Below, one piece after another: positions 8,438-17,002 of a stretch of 37,711 bases of DNA (the first letter of the stretch is position 1; each line of letters starts with the position of its first letter). This DNA comes from a virus. Its lineage: Duplodnaviria; Caudoviricetes. The translations under genes and the position numbers were made by a program. The DNA lies in IMG/VR virus record IMGVR_UViG_3300043391_000311, positions 1 to 37,711 of that record; one strand, written 5' to 3'. The notes below the pieces were generated by a model. That model searched no databases and was not told the origin of the DNA. It worked only from the letters and a program-made list of their open reading frames with translations.

Positions 8438-9399
8438 GCTTTGACCCCCTGGAGCCGCATCATAAGCGCTGCGGCTTCCTGTTGGCGTGCTGGTCCTTCT
8501 TTGCCAAAGTAAGCGGCATGCCACGGGTTATTCGTGTTGCGGCGGATGTCTTCAGCCTGCGCCTTGCCATCCATCACGATGCCTGCCTTGTCGTTGCCAA
8601 CGAGTGCGTCAGGCTTAATGAGATTCGATACGGTCAGCATCGCCTTCACGAACTTGGCGTTGTTGGCTAGTTCGTTGTCGTTGATGTCGAAGCCTGCCAT
8701 CTGCGCAGCCTTTGCAGCCTTGCCAAGATTCGCATCAAAGTCAGCGCCCCAGTCTTTGCGCAGTTCCGCTTCCTGCGACCGCACGAACTCATCGAGCTTT
8801 GCCTGCCCCGATTGATGCAGTTTCGCCATGCGCTGCGCGTCGAACTCGACGAGCTTTTGAGCCGCTGCGGATGGGATGTTCAGCGAGTGCGCCAATTTTG
8901 CAAACTCGCCGACTTCCGCTTCGTTCCACGTCAGACCGTCGGGCAGCTTGTCCGGCTTGGCGATCTTGTAATCCTCAACCTTTGCCGGGACGCCAAGCAC
9001 ATCGCGAATCTGCGCGTTGAACTTCTCCACCTCTTCCGGCTTCGCGTCTGGAGCAGGCGCTTTAAGCGTGGACTTCTGGCCGATGAGCTTTGATGCGTTG
9101 GCGTGGCCGCGCATGAGTTCAAGCGGATTCGGATACTTTGCCAGCGTAGCAGCCGAAGGCTTGAGATCGTCAGGCAAAGCGGCGTCCCAGCCCGCTCTAA
9201 AGTTGCCCTTGTCATCGAGCGCGGAACGAAAGTCCCAGGCGGACGATCCGCCATCGGCGTCGCCTTGTTGCGATTGTTGCGGTTGCTGCTGACTTGCGCC
9301 GCCGCCGTCGTTCGAAGCACGTCCAAGCAGAGTGCCGCCGCCTTGGCTACCACCGTCGCCGCCTTCGTCTTCAAGAATGAATCGTGGGTGAAGCTTCAT
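8434..9399 (-). CDS. Capsid scaffolding/assembly protein
   Basis: 321 aa; Gly/Gln-rich acidic N-terminus, LGVPAKVEDYKI, ELRKDWGADFDANL, NPWHAAYF C-terminal motif; between portal and capsid. Confidence 0.8.
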   Translation of the reverse strand: MKLHPRFILEDEGGDGGSQGGGTLLGRASNDGGGASQQQPQQSQQGDADGGSSAWDFRSALDDKGNFRAGWDAALPDDLKPSAATLAKYPNPLELMRGHANASKLIGQKSTLKAPAPDAKPEEVEKFNAQIRDVLGVPAKVEDYKIAKPDKLPDGLTWNEAEVGEFAKLAHSLNIPSAAAQKLVEFDAQRMAKLHQSGQAKLDEFVRSQEAELRKDWGADFDANLGKAAKAAQMAGFDINDNELANNAKFVKAMLTVSNLIKPDALVGNDKAGIVMDGKAQAEDIRRNTNNPWHAAYFGKEGPARQQEAAALMMRLQGVKA

Positions 9400-9402
9400 G
9401 GC

Positions 9403-10002
9403 TTATGCGTCCCCCTCTCCGGTGAAGTCGTTTTCCTTGGGCGTGTCCTTTTTCTCCCCTGGCAGTTGCTCTTGCAGCTTGGCTTCGGCTTTGAAGAATT
9501 CTGCCGTTGAAGCCGGGACGCGGCGGTTGGTAGGGTAGCGAGCGGCGATTTCCTCCAGCGTCGCATGAGCTTTGAACCATGCGACGTATTCGGGCGTCTT
9601 GTCACCCATAGCCGGGTGCTTCACTGGAGGCGTTGGAATCTGGCCTGCGTCAGCGAGCTTGTGAAGGCGCTCGACGGCAGAACTGCCCGGCTGAACTACG
9701 GAAGGCTCAACAATAGCGGGTGCTTCTGGCGCGTCTTGAATCAGTCCGCGCCGCACCATCTCGGCGGCAAGTTCGTCGTCGCTCATGTCGGCGAGAGATG
9801 GCAGCGCTTCGACCTTGTCCTCGTCTGCTTGTCCCGGTGCGTCGCCGGCAATGAATTGCAGGTCAACAATGCCCGATTCTTTGCGGATGGCTCCCTTGAC
9901 CGTCGGGCCGACTTTGTTTTTCAGGTGGCAAACATTGCCGTCAATGGTTCCGATGACAGCGCCGTCATTTGTGACGAAGCCTTCGTTGATTTCGATTTTC
10001 AT
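9403..10002 (-). CDS. Hypothetical head-module protein
   Basis: 199 aa ORF tightly packed in the operon, ACCACC leader before ATG. Confidence 0.7.
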   Translation of the reverse strand: MKIEINEGFVTNDGAVIGTIDGNVCHLKNKVGPTVKGAIRKESGIVDLQFIAGDAPGQADEDKVEALPSLADMSDDELAAEMVRRGLIQDAPEAPAIVEPSVVQPGSSAVERLHKLADAGQIPTPPVKHPAMGDKTPEYVAWFKAHATLEEIAARYPTNRRVPASTAEFFKAEAKLQEQLPGEKKDTPKENDFTGEGDA

Positions 10003-10011
10003 GGTGGTGGG

Positions 10012-10305
10012 TTAGAGTGCCCGCGTTGGTTTGTCGGAGGATTCGTCATCCTCCAACAGCTCCGCGCCGCGAGCTTGGCGGCGGAGAAAATAGGCCAGCA
10101 CATCTTTCTGGCCGTCGCGTTGAGCGGCAGCGTGCGGGTTGAAATTGTCGGTAGCCTGGAACACAGGCCGGAACATGCCGAAATGCTGCTGTGCCGCTGT
10201 GAGCACGACGTTAAACGCCTGCGAGCCTGCAAGCTCAGCCCATGCGGCATTCAGCTTTGCCGCGCGGTCCTTGCGCTTTGCTTCGATCTCTTCGGCAGCT
10301 GTCAT
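10012..10305 (-). CDS. Bbp19-like small protein
   Basis: 97 aa; F...FNPHAAAQRDGQKDVLAYF motif typical of the gene following the portal in BPP-1-like phages. Confidence 0.65.
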   Translation of the reverse strand: MTAAEEIEAKRKDRAAKLNAAWAELAGSQAFNVVLTAAQQHFGMFRPVFQATDNFNPHAAAQRDGQKDVLAYFLRRQARGAELLEDDESSDKPTRAL

Positions 10306-10547
10306 GCTTGCGTGTCGGCGATGAATGCTTCCACTTCGGATACGGCATTAATGTCTTCGTGTTTTTCCCAAAGGTAATCATCTCCAAACTGAAAGCGCCG
10401 GTCCTCGTATTCAGCCCACAGAGTGGCAAGCATCTTGTCACGGATTGCAAGTTGGCAAGCCATGTCGCAAAGCTCTTCGGTCATCGCGGCAACATGCCGA
10501 ATGTAGTGTTCGCCCAGGCTTTCGGAATCTTGTGGCGGGTAAATCAT
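10302..10547 (-). CDS. Hypothetical protein
   Basis: 81 aa, ATGA overlaps on both sides. Confidence 0.6.
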   Translation of the reverse strand: MIYPPQDSESLGEHYIRHVAAMTEELCDMACQLAIRDKMLATLWAEYEDRRFQFGDDYLWEKHEDINAVSEVEAFIADTQA

Positions 10548-10834
10548 GCGATGAGCTTGGAAACCGTGTTCAGGAACCGAGCGTGCGCGTGTTCCGCCAG
10601 TTCCAAAGCGTCGCGCTCGTCAAACCCAGCGGCATGCGGAAGGGCAAAGCGATCCTCAAACTTGCGTCCCTTAAACTGGAACTCAAAGCGGAAGCAGTTA
10701 AAGCCTTCGACGAAAGCGCGGAGAATGTCGGATTTCACCTTTTGCAAGTTAGAGGCGACGTCGAAACGGTAAACCAGCAGGTCATTCCCACGGGTGAACG
10801 ATTGCGCGAGATCTAATTGTGAACGCTCACTCAT
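10544..10834 (-). CDS. Hypothetical protein
   Basis: 96 aa, ATGA overlap with the portal stop. Confidence 0.6.
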   Translation of the reverse strand: MSERSQLDLAQSFTRGNDLLVYRFDVASNLQKVKSDILRAFVEGFNCFRFEFQFKGRKFEDRFALPHAAGFDERDALELAEHAHARFLNTVSKLIA

Positions 10835-12525
10835 GCTGCCATTGCTCCTTTCAGTGCCTCGACTCCACCCAGATTGCCAACGGCCTTGGCTCCCTGTTCC
10901 ACGGCTTGCATCTGCGCAGCTTGTGCTTGTGCCTGCGCCTGCGCCTCCATGCGCTGCTGGACGACTTCCTCGTCAAGAATGTAGTCGGTAGGAACGCCAG
11001 CGTCACGAGCGCTGCCACGCGCCCAACGAATCCAGTCGAACGGCTCCATGACTTCAGGCCGCAGAGGAGCGAGCGAGACAATGCGCTGAATGTGCCGGTC
11101 GGCGTCGATGTTCCGCAGCGATTTAATCGCCAGGGCGAGGCGAGACGAAAAGGTGACCATTGGATTCGGCACGATGCCGACGAACTCGGAGACGCGCTGA
11201 ATCGCCTCTTGCGGAGGCGTTGGCAGCATTCCGGATTCCATCCACAGGTTGAACAATCCTTGGAGCATCGGCGTGTGCTTCTCGTTTACGATCCGCGAGA
11301 AAGCCGGAGTGATGGCGGTGATCTTTTCGGCCGCACGCTCGTTGATTTCTGTGGCAGTGCGGATGCCGTCCAACCCTTCAAACATGTTGAAAAGTTGCGC
11401 GTGAAACTTCGCACGAATGGACTCTTGGCGCATCTTCACGCGATCCTGGCCGACGTTGTAGTCACCACCGATTTGCAGCGGTTTCGGCTCCATCATTCCC
11501 GTGTCGATGTAGGTGATGCCGCCAGCCGAGAGCACGATGTCACCCTCCATTCGGCTGTCAGCGATCATAGCCGGGCGCACGCGCTTCTCGGCCTCGCAGT
11601 CCATCATCATCTGGAGGAAGTTGATTTGCCGAGTGTCTGGCAATGCGGCAAAGCCAGGGCCGTAGCCGTAGGCGGTCTTGCCTTCCAGCGCCGTCCATTT
11701 CAGGAAGCGCCCGACGCTGAACGGGAAATAATCAAAGCCCGATTCCTTCAGCGTGTGTTTCTCACCAAGCTCGACGTAGTAGCTTGCGAACGCTTTGCCC
11801 CAGTCGGCCATGCGGGCAATCTCGTTGTCGGGGCGCTCGCTTTCTGGCCGTGGGTAAACGGCGTGTAGAATCTTGATCTTGGCGAGCTTCTTTGTGTCAT
11901 CGCCCAAAGCTTCGCGGGACTTGGTGGACAGGTTATCAGCGCCGAAATGCTTGGCGCTTTCTTCGATAGTCCACTCAAACTCGCGGAACAAAACATCGAC
12001 CACGCCAAAGCGATTCTCATCGATGCAGTAAGAGGCAGTCGGGAGATGCTCAAAGCGGAGCTTGCCATCTTCCAGCGCGTAGTAGAGCGCCGAAGTGCCG
12101 AACCCACAGTGCGAGAGCAGATCCTCATGCGCCTCGGTGTAATAACTGGAGTTGCTCAGGTATTCCCGCGCCAGTTCGGAACATTCCTGCGTCCACTTTT
12201 TGACACGGTCAGATCCGCGCAGTTCGCGGGTTGGGTCAAAGCCAAACCACGGCTCATTGGCTGGCATCATCCAGGACATCAGCCCGCCGGCCATTGTCAT
12301 GAGCGCATCGCCTGCCGTTGTGTCGAAGAGCAAACCTTCGCGAGAGGTGTCCGGCAGATTGACCTTGCTGGAGATGCCAGCCGAGCGGGGGGCCATCAAG
12401 TCGGCGATTTCCTGCCACTGGACAAGCCACGGCATTCGGTCGGCCTGCATTTGCTGCCACCGCTTGCTTAGCTTTTCTGCTTTTTGGGCAGAGTTAGAAG
12501 GTTCAAGGTTCACCGGTGTAAGCAT
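10831..12525 (-). CDS. Portal (head-to-tail connector) protein
   Basis: 564 aa; WQEIADLMAP, FDTTA..A...MAGGLMS..MP...PWF, FGTSALY, ESGFDYFPF...RF, YGYGPG..ALPD, RTATEI.ER..EK motifs. Confidence 0.95.
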   Translation of the reverse strand: MLTPVNLEPSNSAQKAEKLSKRWQQMQADRMPWLVQWQEIADLMAPRSAGISSKVNLPDTSREGLLFDTTAGDALMTMAGGLMSWMMPANEPWFGFDPTRELRGSDRVKKWTQECSELAREYLSNSSYYTEAHEDLLSHCGFGTSALYYALEDGKLRFEHLPTASYCIDENRFGVVDVLFREFEWTIEESAKHFGADNLSTKSREALGDDTKKLAKIKILHAVYPRPESERPDNEIARMADWGKAFASYYVELGEKHTLKESGFDYFPFSVGRFLKWTALEGKTAYGYGPGFAALPDTRQINFLQMMMDCEAEKRVRPAMIADSRMEGDIVLSAGGITYIDTGMMEPKPLQIGGDYNVGQDRVKMRQESIRAKFHAQLFNMFEGLDGIRTATEINERAAEKITAITPAFSRIVNEKHTPMLQGLFNLWMESGMLPTPPQEAIQRVSEFVGIVPNPMVTFSSRLALAIKSLRNIDADRHIQRIVSLAPLRPEVMEPFDWIRWARGSARDAGVPTDYILDEEVVQQRMEAQAQAQAQAAQMQAVEQGAKAVGNLGGVEALKGAMAA

Positions 12526-12799
12526 TGGCTGATCCGCCTAGAGTCGATGCAAAGCCACGGTTGCGGCTCATGCTGCCTAGCACGTCGCCTTGCATGGCGT
12601 CCATGCCGCCGATGCGGCGCTTGCTTGCGGCCTTGACGCTTCTTTTTGCGCCTTGCGAATCGGCACGCATAGGAGCGGCGACTGGCGCAGGTTCAGGAGG
12701 CGCGACTGGAGCAGGTGGTGCGCCACCACCGCCGCCGAAATAGAGGGGCCAGCCGAGGAGGCACTTTTGCAGGAAGGCGAAGAGTGAGATTGTCCGCAT
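12503..12799 (-). CDS. Small virion/tail assembly protein (T7 gp7.3-like position)
   Basis: probable start ATG 12799; FGGGGGAPPAP Pro-rich stretch and RNRGFASTLGG tail, directly before the portal. Confidence 0.6.
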   Translation of the reverse strand: MRTISLFAFLQKCLLGWPLYFGGGGGAPPAPVAPPEPAPVAAPMRADSQGAKRSVKAASKRRIGGMDAMQGDVLGSMSRNRGFASTLGGSANAYTGEP

Positions 12800-12806
12800 G
12801 GACAAC

Positions 12807-13175
12807 TTAGGGCGGAACTCGCCCAGGAATTGCAAGCGCTTTGTTTAGCAGGTTAGAAGCTTCGGCAAACCGGGCCGCTTTGCCGCGCCGGGCAAAGCCA
12901 AGCCAAGGCAGTGCTTGCGGAAGCCATCGAGCAGCTACGCTTAAATCGCCAGCCAGCACCCAGAGGAACCAGCAGTCGGCGCTATCCAACGGCTCCACGT
13001 CCCAAGGATCGTTCAGCCTGCCCGGCTCCCAATCACGGCGCACAGGTCGAGCCATGCCAAACGCCTGCGGAGTCGAGACAACGTATCCGCGCTCGAAGTG
13101 AGCAGCGAGATCTTGATCAAAGCTCATGCCGGGATGCAGCCGGTAGAGCTTGCGGACCTGCTCAATCGGAGTCAT
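12807..13175 (-). CDS. Hypothetical protein between TerL and portal
   Basis: 122 aa, GYVVSTPQAFGMARPV...DCWFLWVLAGD; ATGA overlap with the TerL stop. Confidence 0.65.
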   Translation of the reverse strand: MTPIEQVRKLYRLHPGMSFDQDLAAHFERGYVVSTPQAFGMARPVRRDWEPGRLNDPWDVEPLDSADCWFLWVLAGDLSVAARWLPQALPWLGFARRGKAARFAEASNLLNKALAIPGRVPP

Positions 13176-14773
13176 CGCCTGCCCACGAAGCTGAATTTTG
13201 CCGCTCCTCTCCGGCGCTCTCGTGGCTTGTCGTCGGCCTCCAGGTTGCTGTTGATGAATCCCTGCTCATCCGCCGCGCCAAAGGTAATCATGGCGTCAGC
13301 GCCGTGCGAGTTGATGTCGTGCAATGGCAGTGGTCGCAGCGCTCCGCTCGCCGCTTTTGGCTGCGTCCGGTAGTTGGACAAACAGCCGATGCCCGAAGGC
13401 AGCGACTCGCCGAACTCATCGACCTGGAGCGCCTCGCAAGCCGGGTCGAACCACATGCGCGGAAGCCGGTCACGAACGGCGTTGATTCCGTCCCATTTGT
13501 CGCCGGCGATGGGAATCGTAATGATCTTGTGGTTGGGAATGCCTGCTTCCGTCAACTGCTGACGGTAGGTCTTGGAATAGCCTCTGTCCCGGTAATCAAC
13601 GTCGTGCGGAAAGAAGTGTTTGGCGATGCTCTTCCCGACTTCCTGTTCAAGCTGGCGAATCCATTCCGCTGCCATGACGGCACCTTGCCCGGTGGTGAAC
13701 CGGAACCGATGCCATAGGATGTCGCGCCCGGCCTGCTGTCCAAGCCAGCACGAAAGCCCGTCGTTGCCGATGTCCCAGAAGGTCGAAAGCGGGTATTTGG
13801 CTTCAATGGCAAGCGAGCGAATGCGTCCGCCGCTCTTGATCGTCACCATGCCAGGGAAGATTTGGCCGCTGACAATCGACCTCACGCACTCATGCGCCAC
13901 GGTCGGGAACTGCGTCCAGATGTCGTCCTTCTGTTCCGCCTTTTTTTTCTCATACCATGCCCACCTGGAAGCAGGCAGGATGATGGCATGCTTCTCCTGC
14001 ATCTCGCGCATGTAGGCCAGCGTTTCCGGCTTCTCTGGCTCGTGTCCTGGCAGGTCGTAGGAGGGATGGCCGAACCACGCGAAGAAATGCAGCCGCCAGT
14101 CCATGCGCGTGAGCGGCTTTCCCACCATCGAAAGAGCGAGGTCGAAAATGTCGCGGGCAATCGTCCCTTCTCCGCCTTCCATTGTCGTCTCGATGTCGAT
14201 GATGCCCGCAGCGCCGATGGCATTGAGCGAGCCGCGTTTGACCTTCCTGGCCCGATCTGGCGCCTGCGCAGACATTGGCCCGGCCTCCGACCAGTGCAGA
14301 CGGCGCGGAGTGCCACCCATGAAGCTTGTTCCCGCCTCCTGCCTCGATCCATTTGCCCAGTTCAGACAGCCCTGCGCATCGCTCGCCAGCGGATTGACCT
14401 TGTGGATCTGTCGCCAGCACGCGGCAATGACAGGGTTCGGATGCAGCGGCCCGGCTTTCCACGCAGCGCGGGCGATGTCGAGCTTTTTGAAGGCGTCGTC
14501 CTCCTTGAAGTCAACATGAGCACAATGCGTCTTCGGCGTCGTCAGACACTCGTCCAGGTAGTCGAGCACGATCAGCGTGCTCATGCCCAGCTTGCGGGCT
14601 TTGGGCGTCATGTTGCGGCTGTGGCGTTCGCGCAGGTATTGCTCCTGCTCGCCGCGCAGGACGAACGGGATCATGCCTCCATCCGCATCATCTTCCGGCA
14701 GGATCTGGTAAAGGTTCCGCATCCTCCACTCTTTGGAGGCGAGGCAGGCGGCGATTTGTTCGGGCGGGATCAC
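13172..14773 (-). CDS. terL: Terminase large subunit
   Basis: WRMRNLYQI, KARKLGMST (Walker A), LHWSE (Walker B), IETTMEG, WDIG...FFPHD...HDINSHGADA RNase H-like nuclease domain. Confidence 0.95.
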   Translation of the reverse strand: MIPPEQIAACLASKEWRMRNLYQILPEDDADGGMIPFVLRGEQEQYLRERHSRNMTPKARKLGMSTLIVLDYLDECLTTPKTHCAHVDFKEDDAFKKLDIARAAWKAGPLHPNPVIAACWRQIHKVNPLASDAQGCLNWANGSRQEAGTSFMGGTPRRLHWSEAGPMSAQAPDRARKVKRGSLNAIGAAGIIDIETTMEGGEGTIARDIFDLALSMVGKPLTRMDWRLHFFAWFGHPSYDLPGHEPEKPETLAYMREMQEKHAIILPASRWAWYEKKKAEQKDDIWTQFPTVAHECVRSIVSGQIFPGMVTIKSGGRIRSLAIEAKYPLSTFWDIGNDGLSCWLGQQAGRDILWHRFRFTTGQGAVMAAEWIRQLEQEVGKSIAKHFFPHDVDYRDRGYSKTYRQQLTEAGIPNHKIITIPIAGDKWDGINAVRDRLPRMWFDPACEALQVDEFGESLPSGIGCLSNYRTQPKAASGALRPLPLHDINSHGADAMITFGAADEQGFINSNLEADDKPRERRRGAAKFSFVGRR

Positions 14774-15048
14774 AGCGTCACGAAATGGAACTCCTTTCCA
14801 AAAAGCAAGCTGCTGTTCGGGTGAAGAGCATCTCTTTGAAAATAGTTCATTAGCAGATAGGCCTAACGCTAATGAGCGATTGCGCTATATTAGCCCATTT
14901 TCAGACTTTTTAGCGCAATGGGCTGTTCGGGAACTTTTGACCATGGTGAGGTGCCACACGAAAAAGGGCGGTTTTTCGTGAGGCAGATTTAAGGCGACAA
15001 GATCAAGTGAGCACGCATCAAAAGCGCCGCCGCCTTTTCGACCCCTTG

Positions 15049-15138
15049 TTGTTGATTGCTCATTCCCTAGACGCACCGCAATCAACAATTAGCCCCCCCC
15101 CTTGTTGTTTGCATTGTTCATCGGCTGCAATCAACAAG
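15049..15138. repeat. Four copies of GCAATCAACAA arranged as two inverted-repeat pairs
   Basis: 15049-15059 pairs with 15078-15088; 15101-15113 pairs with 15126-15138 (one mismatch); separated by a C9 run. Confidence 0.8.
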
Positions 15139-15358
15139 CCTCCCCTCTTGCCGTAAAAAGCGCAGTTGACATCCTGCACCGAGTTCCGCCTTTTTGTCGC
15201 ACGGTTGCCGTTCGTGAGCAGCTGACAGCTATCAACGGCACCGACAGACGCGACGAGCGAGCGGATTGCTAGGCACTCACGGACCAGCACGCCAGCGTCA
15301 CAGGCTTCATTACGGCCTTACCCCCCCCTTGGGGAGGGCCGTGGGAGGGGCCGAGCGT

Positions 15359-15547
15359 TTACTTGCGCTTTTGCTCTATACGTCTGCGTAAAGGCTTCGT
15401 GATGGTAACCGTTTCATGTGTAACGCTGGCATGATTGATGGATTTAATGCGGCCAAGAATATCGGGGGCCTTGTCAGTCAGCCGGTTAATTGCAGCGAGA
15501 TTATTGCGGTTGTGTGGCAATGTAATCGTAAGTCGAATGTATTTCAT
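15359..15547 (-). CDS. Hypothetical basic protein
   Basis: 62 aa directly after TerS, ACCACACTAC leader. Confidence 0.5.
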   Translation of the reverse strand: MKYIRLTITLPHNRNNLAAINRLTDKAPDILGRIKSINHASVTHETVTITKPLRRRIEQKRK

Positions 15548-15558
15548 GTAGTGTGGTC

Positions 15559-15975
15559 TTACTTCCTTCCAAACGTGGCCGCAATCGCCTCAGACAAGCC
15601 AGGGATCTCCACGCTGCCAGAGTGCTTCACCTCATCTGGAGCATACCAAGCTGACGCTTTGCCGACTTCACGAAGGGCACCGGTCGCGGCAGAAAAGTCG
15701 CCGATCTCCTCGGCCTTCCCAGCGATTCCTTCGAGTCGATCGAGCCACTTATCCTTCGTAAGTCCAAATCTCTTATCAGCTGCCTCCGATACTTTCGCCT
15801 TCAGTGCTGCGATCCTGTCGCCGACATGCTTAGCCAGCGCTTTCCCCTCGGTCTTACCCGTTTCATACGAGCACTTGCCATTGCTGACGTGTTCGGTGTA
15901 AGCCTGGACAGCAGACATGCCCAGTGCGACCGCTTGCGCAAAGGCTTCGTGTTTTTGGTTTTTGAGTGCTGGCAT
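15559..15975 (-). CDS. terS: Terminase small subunit
   Basis: MPALKNQKHEAFAQAVALGMSAVQAY HTH-like start, AATGALREVGK, VKHSGSVEI tail; upstream of TerL. Confidence 0.85.
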   Translation of the reverse strand: MPALKNQKHEAFAQAVALGMSAVQAYTEHVSNGKCSYETGKTEGKALAKHVGDRIAALKAKVSEAADKRFGLTKDKWLDRLEGIAGKAEEIGDFSAATGALREVGKASAWYAPDEVKHSGSVEIPGLSEAIAATFGRK

Positions 15976-15980
15976 AGGTA

Positions 15981-16009
15981 ATGATGCGATACTCGCAAAT
16001 TGATGTCAA
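15981..16009 (-). promoter_or_regulatory. Sigma70-type promoter for terS (probably leaderless)
   Basis: minus strand TTGACA-17 nt-CATCAT, 5 nt before the terS ATG; abuts attC-1. Confidence 0.5.
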
Positions 16010-16010
16010 T

Positions 16011-16075
16011 GTCGAACGTCCGATGCAGCGAACTGCTTCGCTGAGGCTCAGTCGTCGCTGATCTTTTGGTTCTGG
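16011..16075 (+). mobile_element. Integron attC-like recombination site (attC-1)
   Basis: R'' GTCGAAC, 5 nt, L'' ATGCAGCG ... L' CGCTGAT, 6 nt, R' GTTCTGG; canonical spacing, arms pair with unpaired (extrahelical-type) bases. Confidence 0.8.
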
Positions 16076-16251
16076 GAAGAAATAGACCCGCCATCGAAGT
16101 CCTTTTGCAGTCCAAGCCTTTCGACCTGCTCCTGGCACCAAGTGGCAAAATAAGAAGCGGCATCCTTTCGCACATCCTTGATGTCCACTCCGTATTCATT
16201 CGCCCATTTCTCAGGGTCTATCTCGATTGTCTGCGTTATCTTGATTTTCAT
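16048..16251 (-). CDS. Hypothetical 67-aa cassette protein whose stop codon lies inside attC-1
   Basis: MKIKITQTIEIDPEKWANEYGVD...SQNQKISDD; TAATG overlap with the Mom-like stop (the ORF track over-extends it to 16731). Confidence 0.7.
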   Translation of the reverse strand: MKIKITQTIEIDPEKWANEYGVDIKDVRKDAASYFATWCQEQVERLGLQKDFDGGSISSQNQKISDD

Positions 16252-17002
16252 TACAGTAGGATTCCTTGTGTTTGCGGTTTGTGTGATGCGTCGTATCTGG
16301 AGTTGTTGCCTTTCGGGTAGGTCTTGATTTCGTATCGAAGGTCTTTCGCCATCGCTTTGCGTTCCTTTTTCGACCCATGAAAGAGAATGTATCGGTGCTT
16401 GCGGTCGCGTGGTTTCCAATACACGTCGTCGCCGTATTTCTCCTTCATCTGATCCTTGGTCATTCCGCGCCCCATTCCAGCCGTGCCGTGGTGCTTTCCT
16501 TCGTGGCCTTTCACCACGGGATCGTAAGTCAGCGTCGAGAGTCCCGTGTAGATGAAGTTGGTCGCCTGATACACGAACCCATGATGCCCCTTGCTGCTGT
16601 CTGCGTATGAGACGATGATCTTTGGTCGTGGCAGCATCGCCACGCATCGTGAGACGAAGAAGGAGGCGAGGTTTTTGCATCCGATTTCGTTTATCACGAG
16701 TCGGTTTAGTTCGCAGACATTCGCCGCCCATTCTTCACCGCATACGCCTTTTAGGAGAGTAGAGCTTACTGGCGTTCCGAAAGTGCAAACCCCTTGCAGA
16801 ATCATCTTTGCATCATACAGGCCGAATGCCCATGAGATTGAGGGTATCCGCTTCGCGTAGTGCTTCATCAGTAGCCATTCATAGGTTTCTTTGGAGTCGA
16901 TAGGCCGCACCGAAAAAGACCCAGAACAAGACGCTGCATGGAACGCCGAGGATCGTCCATCTTGAATCGGGCATTTAATGTCGGCGTCCATGAGCTTATG
17001 CG
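16070..17002 (+). mobile_element. Integron-type gene cassette (933 bp) carrying two inverted genes
   Basis: left junction G/TTCTGGG is the exact reverse complement of CCCAGAAC (16920-16927), the R'' end of its own attC. Confidence 0.78.
16251..16991 (-). CDS. Mom-like (GNAT-fold) DNA adenine modification enzyme
   Basis: KHY, FGLY...GVCTFG, ELNRL, SFFVSR, IIVSYAD..GHHGFVYQATNFIYTG, KHRY motifs match the Mu Mom-like family. Confidence 0.8.
   Translation of the reverse strand: MDADIKCPIQDGRSSAFHAASCSGSFSVRPIDSKETYEWLLMKHYAKRIPSISWAFGLYDAKMILQGVCTFGTPVSSTLLKGVCGEEWAANVCELNRLVINEIGCKNLASFFVSRCVAMLPRPKIIVSYADSSKGHHGFVYQATNFIYTGLSTLTYDPVVKGHEGKHHGTAGMGRGMTKDQMKEKYGDDVYWKPRDRKHRYILFHGSKKERKAMAKDLRYEIKTYPKGNNSRYDASHKPQTQGILL

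Noticed and set aside
14774-15088. TAG readthrough fusing the 14885-15088 ORF to TerL (same frame, single TAG at 14885-14887)
   Set aside because: TerL already has its conserved N-terminal WR..NLY motif after GTG 14773, the extension looks non-protein-like and overlaps repeats, and no other gene needs TAG readthrough
16048-16731. 227-aa ORF overlapping the Mom-like gene
   Set aside because: Only the last 67 codons (from ATG 16251, TAATG-coupled) look real; the rest is an alternative frame of the Mom-like gene
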